A stretch of DNA of 64,000 bases from a virus. Its lineage: Duplodnaviria > Caudoviricetes. The stretch is taken from IMG/VR virus record IMGVR_UViG_2974703250_000001, positions 13,567 to 77,566 of that record. One strand, written 5' to 3'. Shown here piece by piece: positions 48,970 through 57,327 of this stretch. The notes under the pieces are model-generated. The model was not told the DNA's origin. It worked only from the letters and a program-made list of their open reading frames with translations, and did not search any database. Position numbers and translations under genes: made by a program. Numbering within the stretch: the first letter of the stretch is position 1; each line of letters begins with the position of its first letter.

Positions 48970-50237
48970 TGTCGGAATACGATCCTGATGACGACCAGGG
49001 TAAGAACATTCTGGTTCGTGAGCTTCGCGTCATTCAGTACATCGACGAGGATGGTTCGCTTAATACGGTGGACTTCTCGCAGGGTGCTAATGGCGCTGAG
49101 CTTGACGATGATGGTTACGCGGTGCTGACGGATTGGGCACAGGCGTTTTCGTTGTCGTCTAAGGTCGCGGCGATTCTTTCTGATGAGTGAGGTTTATCGC
49201 TCGGACGTTGAGTGTCGTTGCATGGATTGTGACGACATGATTCGGCTTGGTGACGAGGTTGTCGAGTATGCGGGGGAGATGTTTCATGCCGAGTGCGTCT
49301 AAGCACTTCTTTTACCATGCCTGCTTGTCTGACATTACGCACACCGCGATTAAGCGTTCGCTTGATGCGGTGCAAGCGGTGGCTGACGATAACGGGGTCG
49401 ATATCTCGAATGAGAATCTTGAGCTGTGGGTTAAGCCTGACTGGTACCTGGTGGGTGTAGCTATCGGCTATGACGACGCTGACGAGCGTTCCCATCGTGC
49501 TCAGATGGAAGCTGATGGGTGGACGCGCCGTGTCTAACCCGTGGGGTCCATTGCCGACCGTCCAAGAGGCTGAGCGCGCGGTGCAGTTCACCGGCTGGGC
49601 CTACGAGGGCGGCTATGACACTGCGTTGGAGATTTACCGCGAGAAGTATGGGGATGAACCGAACTTCGCGGTGGACTCGCCGGACGGCGGCTTGCTGAAT
49701 GCGTTGGCGTTCCTTAAGCGCGCTCTGGCGCTGCTGCCGAACACACGTGAGGGGCAGGCAACCGTTGACGTGCTTGGCTACTGACTGTGACTGTCACGAG
49801 CGGCTGAGGCCGGGTCGGCACTGTTCCTGGTGCGATCCGGAGGACGTGTTCGATGACGGCTGCCGCGAGGCGGATTGCAGTGTGTGTGAGTGCTGTGAGG
49901 GGGAGTGATGGCGTGGGATGAAGCTAAGGCCGCGCAGTACGAGCAGGCGTTGCATGACTTCGCTGATCAGAACGGGTACCTGCCGGTGCTGACGGCAATC
50001 AATGCGATTAACGCGTTCGGTGCGCAGTGGATCGCTGACCATGTAAACGACTAATGAAGTACCTAGCCGAGTGTTGTGTTCCGGAGCACGGGCTATGTGA
50101 TCCGTGTTGTGTGTGTGGTGAGCCTGAGGGTTTGAATGACCGTGAGGATTGGGTTGTGACTAACCCGTTGCCGTCTCGGATTAAGAAGCCTAAGAGGGTG
50201 ATCAATAACCCTTGGCCGCAGGAGAAACGCGGCTGAT

Positions 50238-50310
50238 GCCACCTTAGCTCAGTTGGTAGAGCAGCCCCTTCGTAACGGGCAGGTCAGCGGTTCGACTCCG
50301 CTAGGTGGCT
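50238..50310 (+). tRNA. tRNA-Thr(CGT)
   Basis: Cloverleaf; anticodon loop TT-CGT-AA. Confidence 0.88.
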
Positions 50311-50311
50311 C

Positions 50312-50542
50312 GTGAGTGATAGATACCAGGCGACGGTTGGTCGCATAGTGCATTACCAGTCGTACGGCACGCCTAACGGCGAGTATTTACCCGAACCGCG
50401 CGCAGCCATTGTGACGACGGTGGGGCACGATGGAAATGTGGGGTTGGCAGTCCTTAACCCTACGGGCATGTTCTTTAACGAGTATGTGCCTTATGCGGAT
50501 AAGCCGACGCCGGGGCATTGGAATTGGCCTCCGCGCGTATAA
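50312..50542 (+). CDS. Conserved hypothetical protein
   Basis: TVGRIVHY...PRAAIVT.V...GLAVLNPTGMFF...GHWNWPPRV, a widespread phage pattern. Confidence 0.7.
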   Translation: MSDRYQATVGRIVHYQSYGTPNGEYLPEPRAAIVTTVGHDGNVGLAVLNPTGMFFNEYVPYADKPTPGHWNWPPRV

Positions 50543-50759
50543 CTGAATAGGGAGTAGATATGACTGATTTTGAGGGTAGAGACCCAATCAAGGTGGCTAA
50601 GGACGCGCTTGGCGTCGTGCAGGAACTTCGGGACCGCGCAGAGTGGCCTAAGGGTGAGATTCCCGAGCAGGCTAAGAAGCCTGCCAAGGTTGGGAACGCG
50701 TAAGTTTCAACAGTCATTGCCAAGGCTATGCGTAAGCATCCTCAAACCGGCAATGCAAT

Positions 50760-50833
50760 CTGGCTGTAGCTCAACTTGGTAGAGCGCTGGCTTTGGGTGC
50801 CAGGGGTTCGGGGTTCAAATCCTCGCAGTCAGA
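50760..50833 (+). tRNA. tRNA-Pro(TGG)
   Basis: Cloverleaf; CTGGC-TTTGGGT-GCCAG. Confidence 0.9.
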
Positions 50834-51182
50834 CCTAGGGAATCATCGGACCCGTACAATCCGGTGTTGTGGTGACAGAGTGTGCAGTTCGTAGCCGGGC
50901 TGCAATGTGGCGTGAAGCCCCTAAGCGGGGGCGGATGGAATCGGTTAGCTACCGTAGCGTGCTGGACTGAGCTTGATGGGGTACACATAGCCTACGGCTA
51001 CCCCTGTTTTGCTTGGACTCGGAGGCTGGAATACCTCCCCACTATCCCGTTTTTCTTTAGGGGAGCACCCTTGCCTTGTGGGCTTGTGGCCCCTTCGGTT
51101 GGTCCACCGACTGGACGGCCCGCGCTCGACGCGCGTTATAAGAAGCGGCCAGGGCGGGAGCCGTACCCAATCCCGCCGTCTA

Positions 51183-51259
51183 AGCTCGGTAGCTCAGTCT
51201 GGTAGAGCGGCGGTCTCCAAAGCCGCATGTCGCAGGTTCAAATCCTGTCCGGGTTGCCA
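51183..51259 (+). tRNA. tRNA-Trp(CCA)
   Basis: GCGGT-CTCCAAA-GCCGC; encoded CCA. Confidence 0.9.
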
Positions 51260-51282
51260 TTGGCGTACAAGCCGTGTACTAT
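51254..51282 (+). promoter_or_regulatory. Promoter for the main tRNA block with GTAC-N7-GTAC operator
   Basis: TTGCCA-17 bp-TACTAT; ATG 7 nt downstream (leaderless). Confidence 0.7.
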
Positions 51283-51622
51283 GTGTGACATGAAAGCTGA
51301 ACTGTTGAACGCAGCAGGTATCTTGGCGCGACGGCTGGGTGATCAGTTCTCCCGGTTGCACCTGTGGCTGTATGGGTTGTCGGGCACGTTGGATGGCATG
51401 GCTGACAGCGCCGGGTACTGGGATCGCCACGATGCCTAAGACGCCCGACTTTCGTCACTTGGTGGTCGAGGACACGGCTGGGTTTCTGCGTCGTCGCTTC
51501 GGCATGTCTGAGGTCGACGCGAAAGCTGAGGCTGAGCGCCAGGTGGACGCTCTGGCTGAGCGGTCCGAGCAGGGCTACTCAGACTCTTTGGGGCTGTGGT
51601 GACATAAAGGCCGATTTTTTCA

Positions 51623-51696
51623 GGGACCGTAGCCCAATTGGCAGAGGCAATAGGCTTAGACCCTATCCAGTGTGCGTTCGAGTCGCACCGGTTCTA
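51623..51696 (+). tRNA. tRNA-Leu(TAG), short variable loop
   Basis: ATAGG-CTTAGAC-CCTAT; variable region about 5 nt. Confidence 0.8.
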
Positions 51697-51768
51697 CGCT
51701 AAGTAGCTTAATGGTAAAGCGCCCGGTTGTGGTCCGGGTGATTCCGGTTCGACTCCGGGCTTAAGCCA
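51697..51768 (+). tRNA. tRNA-His(GTG)
   Basis: CCCGG-TTGTGGT-CCGGG; irregular acceptor stem. Confidence 0.78.
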
Positions 51769-51769
51769 C

Positions 51770-51842
51770 GCGCGGGTAGCTCAGTGGTTAGAGCACTGCT
51801 CTGATAAGGCAGGGGTCCGTGGTTCAAATCCACGTTCGCGCA
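51770..51842 (+). tRNA. tRNA-Ile(GAT)
   Basis: CTGCT-CTGATAA-GGCAG. Confidence 0.88.
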
Positions 51843-51906
51843 CTTATCACACCTATGTTAGTTTTGTCAAACAACCAAAACGGCGAAATTGGCGGTTTGG
51901 TTGTAT

Positions 51907-51978
51907 TGCCTGGTCTTCTAATTGGCAGGATGCCGGAATCTGACTCCGGTGGTTGAGGTTCGAGTCCTTGCCGGGCAG
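51907..51978 (+). tRNA. tRNA-Gln(CTG)
   Basis: CCGGA-ATCTGAC-TCCGG. Confidence 0.85.
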
Positions 51979-51979
51979 C

Positions 51980-52053
51980 GTGCTAGTAACCCATGTTGGC
52001 TGGGTGCCTGCCTTCCAAGCAGGATTTCGCGGGTTCGATTCCTGTCTAGCACA
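51980..52053 (+). tRNA. tRNA-Gly(TCC)
   Basis: CCTGC-CTTCCAA-GCAGG. Confidence 0.85.
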
Positions 52054-52102
52054 CACTGCCCCCTTCTAAGCCTCTCAGCGATGCTCAAATAGGAGGGGCC
52101 TT

Positions 52103-52175
52103 GCCTCGTTAGCTCAGTTGGTAGAGCTGCCGACTCTTAATCGGTAGGTCACAGGTTCAAGTCCTGTACGGGGTA
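52103..52175 (+). tRNA. tRNA-Lys(CTT)
   Basis: GCCGA-CTCTTAA-TCGGT. Confidence 0.92.
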
Positions 52176-52207
52176 CTTACACACACGTATTCAATGCTGG
52201 CTTACTG

Positions 52208-52289
52208 GGAGAGTACCGCTCATGGGAGCAAGCCGCCTTGAAAGCGGTAGGCAGGCGAAAGCCTGGGAGTTCGATTCTTCTACTCTCCG
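52208..52289 (+). tRNA. tRNA-Ser(TGA)
   Basis: GCCGC-CTTGAAA-GCGGT; long variable arm CAGGC-GAAA-GCCTG. Confidence 0.85.
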
Positions 52290-52295
52290 CGTTTA

Positions 52296-52367
52296 GGGGT
52301 TATAGCTTAGTTGGTAAAGCACCGGTCTTGCACACCGGCGTCCGGGGTTCGATTCCCCGTTTCTCCA
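52296..52367 (+). tRNA. tRNA-Ala(TGC)
   Basis: CCGGT-CTTGCAC-ACCGG; G3:U70 present; two U-U mismatches in the acceptor stem. Confidence 0.82.
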
Positions 52368-52381
52368 CTTAAGGGGGTTCG

Positions 52382-53071
52382 GTGTCGGAGGTTAAGAGCC
52401 TTTATGGCACGCGAACGTCGAAATACTGGGAGGCCGCTCCGGCGAAGATGGACGCGCTGAATCTGCGCATGATCTTCCCGTCGAGCAACCGTTACGGGTT
52501 CCCTGATCTAGAGCTGTGTGATTGGCTGCCGGATTGCTTGGGTGCGTGGCATCTGCCGCGTCAGCGGGACCGGGCAGCGGCCAACAACGGCGCTGTGCAT
52601 TTCTTTTTGGATGACTACCGCTTTGAGACCGCGTTTACGAGCCCTGAGAGGACCGTGGGTCGAGTTTTGGCGGTGGGTGGGGCACTGACGCCTGATTTCA
52701 GTCTGTGGCGCGATATGCCGCGTGCTGGGCAGCTCTGGAATGTGTACCGGTCGCGCTGGTGTGGTGCGTACTGGCAGAGCCAGGGCGTGAGGGTCATTCC
52801 TACGGCCTGCTGGGCTCGCTCAGACACTTTTGACTTCTGTTTCGATGGACTACCGCAGGGCGGGCCGGTGGCGGTCTCAGCGCTTGGTGTGCGGGCGAAC
52901 GGTGAGGATCGCGGCGTGTTCCGCGACGGCCTGGCCGAGCTGGTCGCGCGTGTCCGGCCTTCGTGCATCTTGAGCTACGGACGCCTGGTGCATGTCGACG
53001 AGCTTGATCTGCCGCCGGTTCGTGAGTATCCGACCTTTTGGGATGAGCGTCGTAAGGCGGTTAAGGCTTAG
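52382..53071 (+). CDS. DUF4417-family protein
   Basis: HFFLDDYRFE, TPDFSLWRDMP, QLWNVYRSRW.G.YWQ..G..VIPT..W, CFDG.P. Confidence 0.82.
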   Translation: MSEVKSLYGTRTSKYWEAAPAKMDALNLRMIFPSSNRYGFPDLELCDWLPDCLGAWHLPRQRDRAAANNGAVHFFLDDYRFETAFTSPERTVGRVLAVGGALTPDFSLWRDMPRAGQLWNVYRSRWCGAYWQSQGVRVIPTACWARSDTFDFCFDGLPQGGPVAVSALGVRANGEDRGVFRDGLAELVARVRPSCILSYGRLVHVDELDLPPVREYPTFWDERRKAVKA

Positions 53072-53080
53072 GGGGTTCTG

Positions 53081-53431
53081 GTGGGCGGTCGCGGTGGTGG
53101 TGGCGGTGGCCCGGCTAGTTCCCGGTCGTCAACGGTGACGTTGTATCACCGGACGAGTGCGAGTGCTGCGCGGTCGATTGTGGATCGTGGGTTCAATCCG
53201 GAGTTTCGGCCTGGCACTAACAAGTCTTATCGTGATGAGAACTCGCAGTATGGGTTCTTTACTAAGACGGTTAAGGGTCAGGAGGGATACGGCCAGAATG
53301 TTGTGGCTGTGGAAGTCCCTAAGTCTGCTGTGCAGCGTGATCCGTGGTCGGGTCATGTTCGTGTGAAGGTGGAAGACCTTAGAAACGCAAACTTCCGGCA
53401 CTATGAGGGTAAGCGCCGGAAGAAGCGGTAG
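53081..53431 (+). CDS. MGGRG-leader protein with ADP-ribosyltransferase-like core
   Basis: LYHRT...SIVDRGF...YGFFT...YG..VVAVEVP resembles the H-Y-type ART fold. Confidence 0.55.
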   Translation: MGGRGGGGGGPASSRSSTVTLYHRTSASAARSIVDRGFNPEFRPGTNKSYRDENSQYGFFTKTVKGQEGYGQNVVAVEVPKSAVQRDPWSGHVRVKVEDLRNANFRHYEGKRRKKR

Positions 53432-53432
53432 T

Positions 53433-53507
53433 GCCGTCATGGCTGAGTGGTTAGGCGTCGGACTGCAAATCCGGCTTATCCCGGTTCGATTCCGGGTGGC
53501 GGCTCCA
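53433..53507 (+). tRNA. tRNA-Cys(GCA)
   Basis: TCGGA-CTGCAAA-TCCGG; U discriminator plus CCA. Confidence 0.9.
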
Positions 53508-54054
53508 TTCGCAGGTATGCCCTACGGGTAGCTCTACGTAGGTGCGTAGGCACTTGAGGCATAGCGTAAGGCCCCACACGGCTACTCTCCGTGAAGGCGC
53601 TTGTATTCGGCGATTTCAGCGTCCGTGGCTTCGCGGATGCCGACAACTTTCCACTTGCGCCTGATCAGACCCTTATCCATGAGCCAGCCTTTGATCTTGG
53701 CGTAGACGGCGATAGGCCACAGGAAACGGCCTAGGCCAGCCCAGCCGGGTTCGATATCGTCGGGGTCGTTCTTGCTCATTCTTCCTCCATCCAAACGTTA
53801 GCGTCGGGCAGGATGCCCAACAGGTTGTTTACGAGACGGTCGGCTTTCTCGTGGTCTATGTCGCTGAGCACGATCCGGTCGTCGTCTATGACGTCTTTCA
53901 TCCAGACTGTCCACATGGCCTATGCCTTCCGTGGCTCTTGTGGGGCGCGCTTGCAGCCGGGTTTGCATGGTTGCCCAAGTTTTGCGCCACAGCCGCCGTA
54001 TGCGCGAGGGCAAAGCTCGGTTAGCGCGAGTTGTTTCATGGTTGGCATGTTTAT

Positions 54055-54127
54055 TCCTCCGTAGCTCAATTGGCAGAGCGCGCGACTGTTAATCGCGTGG
54101 TTGGTGGTTCGAGTCCACCCGTTGGAG
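54055..54127 (+). tRNA. tRNA-Asn(GTT)
   Basis: CGCGA-CTGTTAA-TCGCG; two acceptor mismatches. Confidence 0.85.
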
Positions 54128-54323
54128 CTTATTGGCGCTTAATCGTCACACTGGCTATGTGGCCGTGTTTCTCGATTTCGTGCTGTACCGCTTCGGCTGC
54201 TAGTTCACGTATGAACGTCTTAGCGGTGAGCGGTCCGACTAACTTAAAGTCCTCTATCAACTTGTCTAGGTCCATTGTGCAGACGAGTGTGATGAGGAAT
54301 TGACCTTTAGGGCGTTGCATGGG

Positions 54324-54396
54324 TGCCCCCACTAGGGATCGAACCTAGGACCCGATGATTAAAAGTCACCTGCTCTGCCAACTGAGCTATAGGGGC
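54324..54396 (-). tRNA. tRNA-Lys(TTT), the only leftward tRNA
   Basis: Reverse complement GCCCCTATAGCTCAGTTGGCAGAGCAGGTGACTTTTAATCATCGGGTCCTAGGTTCGATCCCTAGTGGGGGCA. Confidence 0.92.
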
Positions 54397-54719
54397 GCGG
54401 CGCATAGTGTATCAGACCGCTTCGGCGTGAGCGCATCGGTGGGTAGCAGTTGCAAGATGTAATCGGCCATGTCCAGCGCCGACATTTCAGATATACCCTT
54501 AAGTGACTCAAGGTCGGGGTACCCGTACATGTCGAACGTGTCCAATATTGCCTTAATGAAGGCGTGTTCGTCGCTTACGTCGTAACCCCATAAGTCTCTG
54601 ATCACGTCGTAGGCCATTTCAGCGATGTCCTGCTGACTCTTCGCTGCGGTGCTTTCTTCGTCGCATCCGAAATGCAGAGATAGCGCAACTGAATTGAGTC
54701 GATCATAGAGCGGTGCCAT
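54387..54719 (-). CDS. Acidic hypothetical protein whose stop overlaps the tRNA-Lys 5' end
   Basis: Operonic with the upstream leftward genes. Confidence 0.55.
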   Translation of the reverse strand: MAPLYDRLNSVALSLHFGCDEESTAAKSQQDIAEMAYDVIRDLWGYDVSDEHAFIKAILDTFDMYGYPDLESLKGISEMSALDMADYILQLLPTDALTPKRSDTLCAAPL

Positions 54720-54721
54720 AG

Positions 54722-55156
54722 CTAGCCCATCCTTACGTCGTTGCGGCGCTTAACGATCTTGGCGATTGCTCGCTCTGCGTCCTCGTCTGGTGCGTCGATA
54801 TCACGCATTCCATGCTCTGCGGCTTCGTGCCCACTGGTGAAGAGTGGGACGGGGCTGGTGTAGTCGAATGTGTGGTCCAGTTCCTCGCGGGACATGGACC
54901 CGAACGCAGAGGCCAGCCTTAAAGCTAGGAGATGGTCGGGACCACGGTGGCCGACCCACCCGGAGCAGAGCCGCTGATGCTCGCTCCCAGCGTCGTGTTG
55001 GTGGCAGAGGAATAGACCTGTGGCTTGTGATGCCATGTCGTGGTCGTACTCTTTGAGCTTGGTGTATTCCTCGGCTGCCCATATGCCGCTGGGCACGTCG
55101 CGCCGGTATGGGCATGATCCGCAGGGGTTCGGCGCGGGGGCCTTAACGTCGCTCAC
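54722..55156 (-). CDS. Cys-rich protein (DUF6283-like)
   Basis: PCGSCPYRRDVPSGIW..EEY.KL..YD...F.CH...LCSGW. Confidence 0.7.
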   Translation of the reverse strand: MSDVKAPAPNPCGSCPYRRDVPSGIWAAEEYTKLKEYDHDMASQATGLFLCHQHDAGSEHQRLCSGWVGHRGPDHLLALRLASAFGSMSREELDHTFDYTSPVPLFTSGHEAAEHGMRDIDAPDEDAERAIAKIVKRRNDVRMG

Positions 55157-55361
55157 TGGTCTGCCTCCTTACGCTTAATCACTGCACCGTCAAGCACTGA
55201 GGCGAGTTCTTCAAGCTCGATCAGGTCAAGGGCTTCTTTGAAGGCGCGTGACCGTGCGGCTGCCGCAAACCCGTTTAAGGCTGTTGTGCTTGGGTTGTAG
55301 ATTATGGCGTCAGCTTCGGCGCGCAGTTCCTTGAGTCCGGCTTTGACGTTTTCAAGGGCGC

Positions 55362-55682
55362 TCATTGCTGCACCGTCCACATGAGGCGGGCCGCAACCAA
55401 CTCGGCCTCAACGAGGTTGACCGTGGTCAGGGTGGTGTGAAACGAGCGGGCGTCAGCCTCGGTGTTGCACCGGATGACCTCATGCTCATAGTTCGGCCCG
55501 TAGGGCTGATAACGAACACCCCAGATCGTTCCGCCTGAGTAGACACCAGAGACGCCGGTTGGCCGCTTCTCGCCGCAGTCCTTGCAGATGTGCCCTTTGA
55601 GCAGGCGCTTTCCGCCCGTGTTGCACCTGACGCAGATACCTACTCCGATGAACTTGGGAGGCTTTGGTTTCGTGGTGGACAT
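55362..55682 (-). CDS. Zinc-finger hypothetical protein, leaderless
   Basis: CVRC...CKDC; ATG 7 nt after the -10 box TACAGT. Confidence 0.6.
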   Translation of the reverse strand: MSTTKPKPPKFIGVGICVRCNTGGKRLLKGHICKDCGEKRPTGVSGVYSGGTIWGVRYQPYGPNYEHEVIRCNTEADARSFHTTLTTVNLVEAELVAARLMWTVQQ

Positions 55683-55735
55683 GTCTATCACTGTACAACC
55701 CGTGTACCGTGGTGTCAACTACCAATTTTGCCGTT

Positions 55736-56599
55736 TCAGGCGGCGATGAGGTTTAGCTCTTTAAGCACACCCTTAACGAACTGCCCAGCCTCACTGTCCC
55801 GTGAGATGACGGGAATGTAGATCGAGTAAGGCGGAAAGTCTTCCATGTCCTGAGCGTTGTGGATCGGGCTACCGTATCCACCCTCCGGGTAAATGCCGCA
55901 CTTCTTACGAACGTCGGCGGGGTGCGAGTGCATCGCGTTGAACAGGTGGCACCGCAGGAATGAGTTGTGCGTAAGCGAGTACATGAACATGCTTACGTCG
56001 AACGGCTCACCGGCCTTCTTGAGGCGCACAGCGGTGCGGGCGTACTTCTTAGTTTCGTCCCAGCCGCCGCTAACGTACATGTCGACCCAAATTTCGGCCT
56101 GCATGCCCGTGGTTTCGATGGCCTCGACGAGTGCCATCATGGCCTGACCATTCTTTTTGATCGCTTCTGCGCTGATCATGCAGTTGTAAGTAACGTTAAG
56201 GATCAGGGCAACGATCTTGGACTGGCCTGGTTCCTCGACGGGGTAATACTGCACCATGCACTCAGGCTCACCCTCGACGTAGCGGCCCATGTCCACGACA
56301 GCGCCGGACACGTCGTAGGTCTCATCGAACATTGGCCGGTGCAGCTCGCCAGCCATGAGCGCCACGTTCTGACTAGCCAGCTTGATTGCCTCGACACCTG
56401 ACCGGGGGAGGCCCTGGCGGGCCAGCTTGTCGGCTTCCTGCATGTTGTCACAGCCGTAGAAGCGCTTGCCGCCACCGTCGCCCATGTGTGCGGAACGGTA
56501 GTCGTGCTCGCGGTTGTGGTTGATCAGATCGTGGAACGACTCGAACGTGATAACGGACCGGTCGCGGCCTTCTTCGGAAGTCTCACGGATTTTGCGCAT
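55736..56599 (-). CDS. vWA-like partner of AAA ATPase (paralogue 2)
   Basis: YDVSGAVVDMGRYVEGEPECM; LILNVTYNC; paralogue of 59470-60300. Confidence 0.75.
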   Translation of the reverse strand: MRKIRETSEEGRDRSVITFESFHDLINHNREHDYRSAHMGDGGGKRFYGCDNMQEADKLARQGLPRSGVEAIKLASQNVALMAGELHRPMFDETYDVSGAVVDMGRYVEGEPECMVQYYPVEEPGQSKIVALILNVTYNCMISAEAIKKNGQAMMALVEAIETTGMQAEIWVDMYVSGGWDETKKYARTAVRLKKAGEPFDVSMFMYSLTHNSFLRCHLFNAMHSHPADVRKKCGIYPEGGYGSPIHNAQDMEDFPPYSIYIPVISRDSEAGQFVKGVLKELNLIAA

Positions 56600-56659
56600 G
56601 GTTAAGCCGCCTTAGAATTACTTGGATTTCAGAACTTAGAAGAATTAGAAAAGTGAAAG

Positions 56660-56695
56660 CAGGTGGGCGGTACTTACTCGCCGCCCACCTGCTCC
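56660..56695 (-). terminator. Leftward intrinsic terminator
   Basis: GCAGGTGGGCG...CGCCCACCTGC hairpin with an A-rich tract on its left. Confidence 0.65.
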
Positions 56696-57060
56696 ACTAC
56701 TTCGACCACCTGTGCCGGGACGGATAGGGTGTCTCCGTCCTCGTTCGCGCCACCGGTCACCACAACCACGCCGCGAAGGCAGTCGACGCCGCGAGCGTGC
56801 GGGTTCAGGCTCCACCATAGAGCCGTGGCCTGCACGTTCTCCGGCTGATTCAAGATTCTACCCATGTCGTTGCCGTAGAAGGTGACATCGAACGCGCCAT
56901 CGCCTGCGACGGCTGCGGGTGTCCACCCGTATACGGCCTCAATATCCCCGTTGACCAGGGCGCGAATCGTAGCCAGCTCGGTCCTACGGGGAACGGTGAT
57001 CACGTCGTGCGTGCCGTCCAGGTTCAGGACTAGTGCCGTGTACTGCGGTTCGCTGCTCAT
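56674..57060 (-). CDS. DUF3846-like protein, leaderless
   Basis: L.TIRALVNGDIEAV...YGND.G.....PEN..AT..W...L.GVVVVTG..E.GDT. Confidence 0.7.
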   Translation of the reverse strand: MSSEPQYTALVLNLDGTHDVITVPRRTELATIRALVNGDIEAVYGWTPAAVAGDGAFDVTFYGNDMGRILNQPENVQATALWWSLNPHARGVDCLRGVVVVTGGANEDGDTLSVPAQVVEVVEQVGGE

Positions 57061-57093
57061 GTCACTCAGCGTACATGCGGTGTACCGAGTCTG

Positions 57094-57327
57094 TCAACAC
57101 CTATCTTCAACTGAAAATCGGGGGTTCTTCCCTGCGGCGATGTTCTGCAAGGTGCCACGCGGAAAGCCGGTGACTACCTCTAGTTCGTTATAGGAATAGC
57201 CAGAGTCTTTAGCTTCGCGGATGGCATCATAGAGCGCCACAATGCCAGCGGTGACAGTGCGGGCCTGTTCCTCTATCCCAGCTAGGGTGGCGTCAGTTGC
57301 CATGCTCGGAGAGTACACGCTCTCCAT
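57094..57327 (-). CDS. Small HTH protein
   Basis: IREAKDSGYSYNELEVVTGFPRGTLQNI. Confidence 0.6.
   Translation of the reverse strand: MESVYSPSMATDATLAGIEEQARTVTAGIVALYDAIREAKDSGYSYNELEVVTGFPRGTLQNIAAGKNPRFSVEDRC

Noticed and set aside
50570-51293. ORFs 50570-50782, 50882-51205 and 51009-51293
   Set aside because: They overlap tRNA-Pro or tRNA-Trp, have atypical composition and lack an RBS.
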